DNA of 64,000 nucleotides from Longimicrobiales bacterium (GTDB lineage Bacteria; Gemmatimonadota; Gemmatimonadetes; Longimicrobiales; Gaopeijiaceae): positions 3,392,001-3,456,000 of the forward strand of contig OZ250165.1 in assembly GCA_965238005.1 (NCBI GenBank), written 5' to 3'. Of this stretch, positions 59,925-64,000 are shown piece by piece. The notes under the pieces are model-generated. The model saw only the letters and a list, made by a program, of their open reading frames with translations, was not told where the DNA came from and ran no database searches. The translations under genes and the position numbers were made by a program. Each line of letters opens with the position of its first letter. Within the stretch, counting starts at the first letter, position 1.

Positions 59925-60971
59925 TCAGGTGCGGGTATAGAAGCGTTCGGTGTCGAATGCCTGCCGGTTCTTGAGCATGAAGTAGGTCGCCCGGCCGATG
60001 CGAGCGGCGAGGATGCTGAGCGCTTTGCCCTTGCCGTGGCGGCGCGTGAGCTTCTTCAGATGAGCCTGGCCGCGGGCGTTGTCCCTGAGGAAGAGCACGG
60101 CGGCCTCGCTGAAGGCCCATTTGAGATGAGCGTTCCCGATCTTGGCTCCTCCGCTGCCGACCCGCTTGCCTGCACTGCGGTGCTCGGGCTTAGCGAGTCG
60201 ACAGTAGGAGCTGAAGCGCTGCACTGTGCTGAAGCGAGCGATGTCGTGGATCTCATAGAGCAGGGTGAGCGCCAGGATGCGGCCGACGCCGGGGATGGTT
60301 CGGAGCCGCTCCAGCGTGTCGAAGTCGTGGACACGGGCTTCCTGTTCGACCGTGTGCTCGAGCGCTCGGATCACCGGGTCGTAGCGATCGGCCAGGGCGA
60401 GGTCCGCCTCGATCGTCCTTTGGGTCATGGGATCATCGAATGCCTCGGCCAGGCCCTGGCGGTTCTTCTTGTACAGGAGCTGACCGGAGGGTCGAGGCAG
60501 GTTGTACTGATGGAAGGTGTTACGGATGTGGGCGAGCAGTTCGCCTCGCTTGCGCACGAAGTAGAGTCGGCGCCGGAGCACGTCGCGTGTGGCGCGCATC
60601 CCAGGTGGATAGACGTAGGCGACGGGAAAGGCGCCGCCTCGCAGCAGGACCGCCGTCTTGTGGGAGTCGATCTTGTCGTTCTTGGCCTTGGCCCCATGAA
60701 TCGCCTTCATGTAGAGCGCATGGCCGAGCACGAAGTGGATCTGCTCGCGAGCACACAGATCGGCCAGCCAGTACCAGCAGAAGATGCACTCGCTGCCCAC
60801 GACGAGGTCTGAACGGTAGGGCTCGAGGGCGCGAAGGAGTGCCTCGCGCTCACAGCGTAGCCTCTTGTGCAGGCGTATCTTGCCCTGGCAGTCCAGGACG
60901 CAGAGGTAGAGTGTGCGAGCATGAAGGTCGATGCCACAGTAGTATCGATGCTGGCCTGTGTAGAAGCGCAT
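59925..60971 (-). CDS. IS110-family DEDD transposase (recombinase), intact
   Basis: GIDLH, GSEC, KNDKIDS, IPGVG, HRSAG (catalytic Ser), GNAHLKWAF. Confidence 0.93.
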   Translation of the reverse strand: MRFYTGQHRYYCGIDLHARTLYLCVLDCQGKIRLHKRLRCEREALLRALEPYRSDLVVGSECIFCWYWLADLCAREQIHFVLGHALYMKAIHGAKAKNDKIDSHKTAVLLRGGAFPVAYVYPPGMRATRDVLRRRLYFVRKRGELLAHIRNTFHQYNLPRPSGQLLYKKNRQGLAEAFDDPMTQRTIEADLALADRYDPVIRALEHTVEQEARVHDFDTLERLRTIPGVGRILALTLLYEIHDIARFSTVQRFSSYCRLAKPEHRSAGKRVGSGGAKIGNAHLKWAFSEAAVLFLRDNARGQAHLKKLTRRHGKGKALSILAARIGRATYFMLKNRQAFDTERFYTRT

Positions 60972-61452
60972 GGTTCCCCTCCTGGGTTGGATGAATCGAG
61001 TTTGGCGCTCTGATTCTTCCGCCCTCTCTTCGAGAGGTCCAGGAGGGGGCCTGCATGAGCAGGCTTGCTACTGGCGCGTGCGACATCAGGCTCGCGCGCT
61101 TCGCTTGCAGTCGCCATCTTGGTCGCCGGCCGAACCCCGAATAGGTGCTCGAGTCCCTGAGGACTGCACGAGCGAGCTTGCGTGCAGTGGCGATGCGAGC
61201 GATGCGCCAATCGAGCCGATCCTTGAGCCGGTCGTAGTACTCGCTGAGCCAGCTTTCGGGAGATCGGCCGTGATGGATGACGACGGTCTGGACGAAGGCG
61301 TTTCGGAGCTAGCGATTGGCACCGGCCGGGATGGGCCCGTAGCGGACCGTCATCCCGGAACGAGCAGCACTGCGTCGATCGCATCGTTCTTGTAGTTGGC
61401 TTCGGCGATCGCGGCTTCTGAACAAGCGCTCCGTCTTTGCTCACCACCGCAA

Positions 61453-62909
61453 GAAGCTGTCCCAACCGTAGTTGAAGGTTCCTGATAGGGGAGAAAGAAA
61501 AGTGGTGGCTCCGGGGGTCCCGGGCCGATAGGCTCGGGTAGGCAAAAACCCCAACACGGAGCCACCACGATGAAGAGAACGTACGAGGTAAGGGATCGGG
61601 CGGACAAGCGCGCGATCAGGGAGTTCCTGAAGCGGGAGGGGCAGTTTCTGCTTCCGATGCTTGAGCTCGTGGAGCAGACGGAGGTCGCGATCGACGAAGT
61701 CATCCAGGTGATGGGACGAGCGACGATCGAAGCGGTGCTGGAGATGAGCGCCGAGGGTGTGGCAGGCGTGAAGCAGGCAGGTCGGTCACGAGCGGAAGAC
61801 GACACGGTGTGGTATGGCCGGCAGGGTGGTGTGGTTTACCTGTCGGACCGGAAGGTGCGTGTGGAGCGGCCACGGCTCAGGCGCCGGGGCGCCGGGGAGG
61901 GTGGCGAGGTCGAGGTGCCGGCGTACGCAGCGATGCGGAGACCGGGCGCCGTGGCGGATCGGATGCTCGAGGTCCTGATGGCGGGGGTGAGCACGCGGAA
62001 GTACGGCCGTGTGATCGGTGAGATGGCCGACACGGTCGGGGTGAGCAAGTCGGCGGTGAGCCGTGAGACGGTCGAGGCCTCGGAGCGCGTGCTGAAGGAG
62101 CTGATGGAGCGCCGGCTGGATGCGTGGGACCTCCTGGTGATCTACCTGGACGGGATCCAGATGGGCTCGCACCACGTGCTTGCTGCGGTAGGCGTGGACT
62201 CAGACGGAAAGAAGCACGTGCTGGGCGTGAGGGAAGGAGCGAGTGAGAACGCCGAGGTGACCAGCGCGCTCCTAGAGGATCTGGTCGAGCGCGGCCTGGA
62301 CCCGGGCAGGCGGCGGCTGTTCGTGATCGATGGCTCGAAAGCGCTCAGGAAGGCGATCGAGAAGGTGTTCGGCCAACGTCACCCCATCCAGCGCTGCCGC
62401 AACCACAAGCTCCGCAACGTGCTGGGTCATCTGCCGAAGGATCAGCATCCTCAGGTGAAGGCGGCGTTCCGGGCGGCGATGAAGCTGGACGCGAAGCAGG
62501 GCGAGCAGAAGCTCGAGCAGCTCGCCCGATGGCTCGAGCGCGACCACCCCTCGGCCTCGGCCAGCCTACGCGAAGGCCTCAGCGAGATGTTCACGATCAA
62601 CCGGCTCGGCCTCCCGCCGCGGCTGAGGAAGTGCCTGGGCTCGACCAACCTGATCGACAGCACCCACTCGGGCGTAAGACAGAAGACCCGCAGGGTGACC
62701 AACTGGAAGAACGGAGCGATGGCCTTGCGCTGGGCTGCGGCCTCGTTCGTGGAGACCGAGAAGACCTACCGGAGGATCATCGGCTACGACCAGCTCTGGA
62801 TGCTCAGGGCCCACCTCGACGACCATGAACCGGTGGCCGAAATGAGAAAGGCAGGCTAACAAGGAGACTCTCCGGAGCCACCACCTTCAACTGTCAGCGG
62901 GACACCATC
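61453..62909 (+). mobile_element. IS256-family element with 8-bp target duplication
   Basis: IRs GAAGCTGTCCC...GTTGAAGGT / ACCTTCAAC...GGGACACCATC; CACCGCAA at 61445-61452 and 62910-62917. Confidence 0.92.
61570..62859 (+). CDS. IS256-family (mutator-type) transposase
   Basis: GVSTRK, SKSAVSR, IYLDG, VIDGSKAL, QRCRNH, STNLID. Confidence 0.95.
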   Translation: MKRTYEVRDRADKRAIREFLKREGQFLLPMLELVEQTEVAIDEVIQVMGRATIEAVLEMSAEGVAGVKQAGRSRAEDDTVWYGRQGGVVYLSDRKVRVERPRLRRRGAGEGGEVEVPAYAAMRRPGAVADRMLEVLMAGVSTRKYGRVIGEMADTVGVSKSAVSRETVEASERVLKELMERRLDAWDLLVIYLDGIQMGSHHVLAAVGVDSDGKKHVLGVREGASENAEVTSALLEDLVERGLDPGRRRLFVIDGSKALRKAIEKVFGQRHPIQRCRNHKLRNVLGHLPKDQHPQVKAAFRAAMKLDAKQGEQKLEQLARWLERDHPSASASLREGLSEMFTINRLGLPPRLRKCLGSTNLIDSTHSGVRQKTRRVTNWKNGAMALRWAAASFVETEKTYRRIIGYDQLWMLRAHLDDHEPVAEMRKAG

Positions 62910-63115
62910 CACCGCAACGACCAGATACGTTGTGTGCGCATCGATTCCTGCGACATACATGATGGCCTCCTGGTGGTTGGCAGCCGCAGGTTCTTGGAGA
63001 AGTACCAGCGTAGTGCGCCGGCCATTGGGAGGCCATCCGCTTTATAAGGTCAGCAGAAGCGCAAAGTCGTTAGGCATCCGAGAACCGAGAGGGGCAGTGA
63101 ACGCATTCCATCTTC

Positions 63116-63601
63116 TTGGTCTGTTTAGCGGTCGTGGTAGCTGCGATCGGTTGGAAAGTCGCCGGTCTGCTCGGAGTCGTGCTCGGCGTCCCGGCCGGAA
63201 TCCTCGTGGGAGTCTATGGTCTGATAGGGACGTTCCTGGCCTTGGCGTGGCTCGAGACTCGCCGCGACCAGCTAGCTCTGCGCAGGTCATTCGGCCCGTA
63301 TTGGCGGGCCGAATACCGCGCAGATTGGGAGGAACTCAAGGCGTCGCTTCGCCCCGGCGCCGTTGTGAATGGAGTTGTGGTCAGAGTGCGATATCACGGC
63401 GCCTTCCTTAATCTTGGGAAAGGATTTCCGGGGCTTATCCAGGCCTACCAAATCGTGCATGACGGCTCGGAGCTGCCGTCCGTTGGTGACAACGTTCGTG
63501 CATGGGTTAAGGAGTATGATGAGGACTGTCGGACGGTAGTGCTCACGATGAACGAAGGGTCGCTCTCAGGACTCGGTGACCTCCGACCCCCGGATGCCTA
63601 A
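63116..63601 (+). CDS. Cassette: membrane-anchored S1 (OB-fold) domain protein
   Basis: Two TM segments then WEELK...GAVVNGVV...HGAFLNLG...GLI...VGDNVRAWV...VVLTM; stop TAA lies inside R''; cassette ends TTAGGCATCCG / CGGATGCCTAA are complementary. True start may be GTG 63097 with a 1-nt shift. Confidence 0.75.
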   Translation: MVCLAVVVAAIGWKVAGLLGVVLGVPAGILVGVYGLIGTFLALAWLETRRDQLALRRSFGPYWRAEYRADWEELKASLRPGAVVNGVVVRVRYHGAFLNLGKGFPGLIQAYQIVHDGSELPSVGDNVRAWVKEYDEDCRTVVLTMNEGSLSGLGDLRPPDA

Positions 63602-64000
63602 ACACTTATCAGGCCCCCGGAGTCAAGAGCACGCACGTCCCCCCCCTCCCCCCGACGCGTCGCGGAGCGGCGCGCTAGGCGAAATAAGCATCGGTCGCCG
63701 AGTCCTCTGACCTGGTTTCAGTAGGCAGGTGCGAGCGTAGGGAGCCTCTGCACCAAACACTTATCGAGGTTCAACCGCCGGGTGCCCTACGAGGCGAGCT
63801 CGAAGGCGGCGGAGCGAGAAGTCTTCGTTTCGATTCCTCGCGACCTAGAAATTCATCTGTACCCTCGTGCCGTCCGACTCCATTCAAGACGTAGGTTAGG
63901 GAAGGCGCCGCCTCGCAGCAGCACGGCCGTCTTGTGCGAGTCGATCTCGTCGTTCTTGGCCTTGGCCCCGTGGATCGCCTTCTGCCCTGCGAGTCCAGGA
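63601..64000 (-). mobile_element. Second, internally deleted copy of element A at the next attC R''; runs off the right edge
   Basis: 63601-63888 is homologous to 59462-59734, then jumps to sequence homologous to transposase positions ~60624-60708 and ~60881-60898. Confidence 0.85.

Larger units (their letters stand above)
59462..61060 (-). mobile_element. IS110/IS1111-type element 'A', apparently intact, inserted at attC R''
   Basis: Imperfect subterminal IR CTTATCAGGCCCCC / GGGGGCCTGCATGAG; ~460-bp non-coding 3' end; full transposase; ends uncertain by a few bases. Confidence 0.8.
61130..63050 (-). mobile_element. Decayed IS110-type element 'B2', interrupted by IS256 and abutting the attC L' box
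   Basis: MYVAGIDAHTTYLVVAV (ATG 62960) continues past the IS256 as VSKDGALVQKP; NYKNDAIDA and LRNAFVQ...ARIATARKLARA fragments; end TTATAAGGT. Confidence 0.75.
59458..63075 (+). other. attC site split in three parts by nested ISs: R'' 59458-59464, body ~61061-61127, right arm 63051-63075
   Basis: GCTT(G)CTACTG at 61063 pairs with CAGCAGAAGC at 63051 with an extrahelical base; R' GTTAGGC at 63069-63075; central GGCTCGCGCG shared with attC1. Confidence 0.72.

Noticed and set aside
59757..60812. 351-aa plus-strand ORF opposite the IS110 transposase
   Set aside because: Antisense shadow of the transposase with no independent features
1..64000. CRISPR array, rRNA or tRNA genes
   Set aside because: No regularly spaced repeat-spacer units and no recognisable rRNA or tRNA sequence seen by eye; the dispersed repeats are attC arms and IS ends

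Overview
High-GC bacterial chromosomal window; gene content is compatible with a Gemmatimonadota-like genome, but that is only an inference. Bases 1-49.6 kb are mostly housekeeping and metabolic genes: coxL-like/coxS, sulfurtransferase, nrdJ with tandem NrdR boxes, anmK/murQ, ABC exporter, ccdA, cardiolipin synthase-like PLD, speB, Fur, nrnA, fused E1alpha/beta dehydrogenase, ndh, moeB, ALDH7, peptidases and a Cys/Met PLP enzyme. This part contains three unusual fusions (ClpB-D2 ATPase+receiver, AnmK+membrane glycosyltransferase, DedA+CoaE+PHP) and several deletion-scarred gene remnants. From 49.7 kb to the end lies a chromosomal integron whose intI is co-oriented with, and upstream of, its cassette array. 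Every recognisable attC site has been invaded by an insertion sequence: at least three different IS110/IS1111-type lineages at three different positions of attC, plus an IS1182, with an IS256 nested inside one of the IS110 remnants. The non-coding 3' ends of two IS110 lineages carry short segments matching the attC target flanks and their own element ends, i.e. candidate attC-programmed bridge (seek) RNAs. All assignments are by eye from motifs; no database searches were run.
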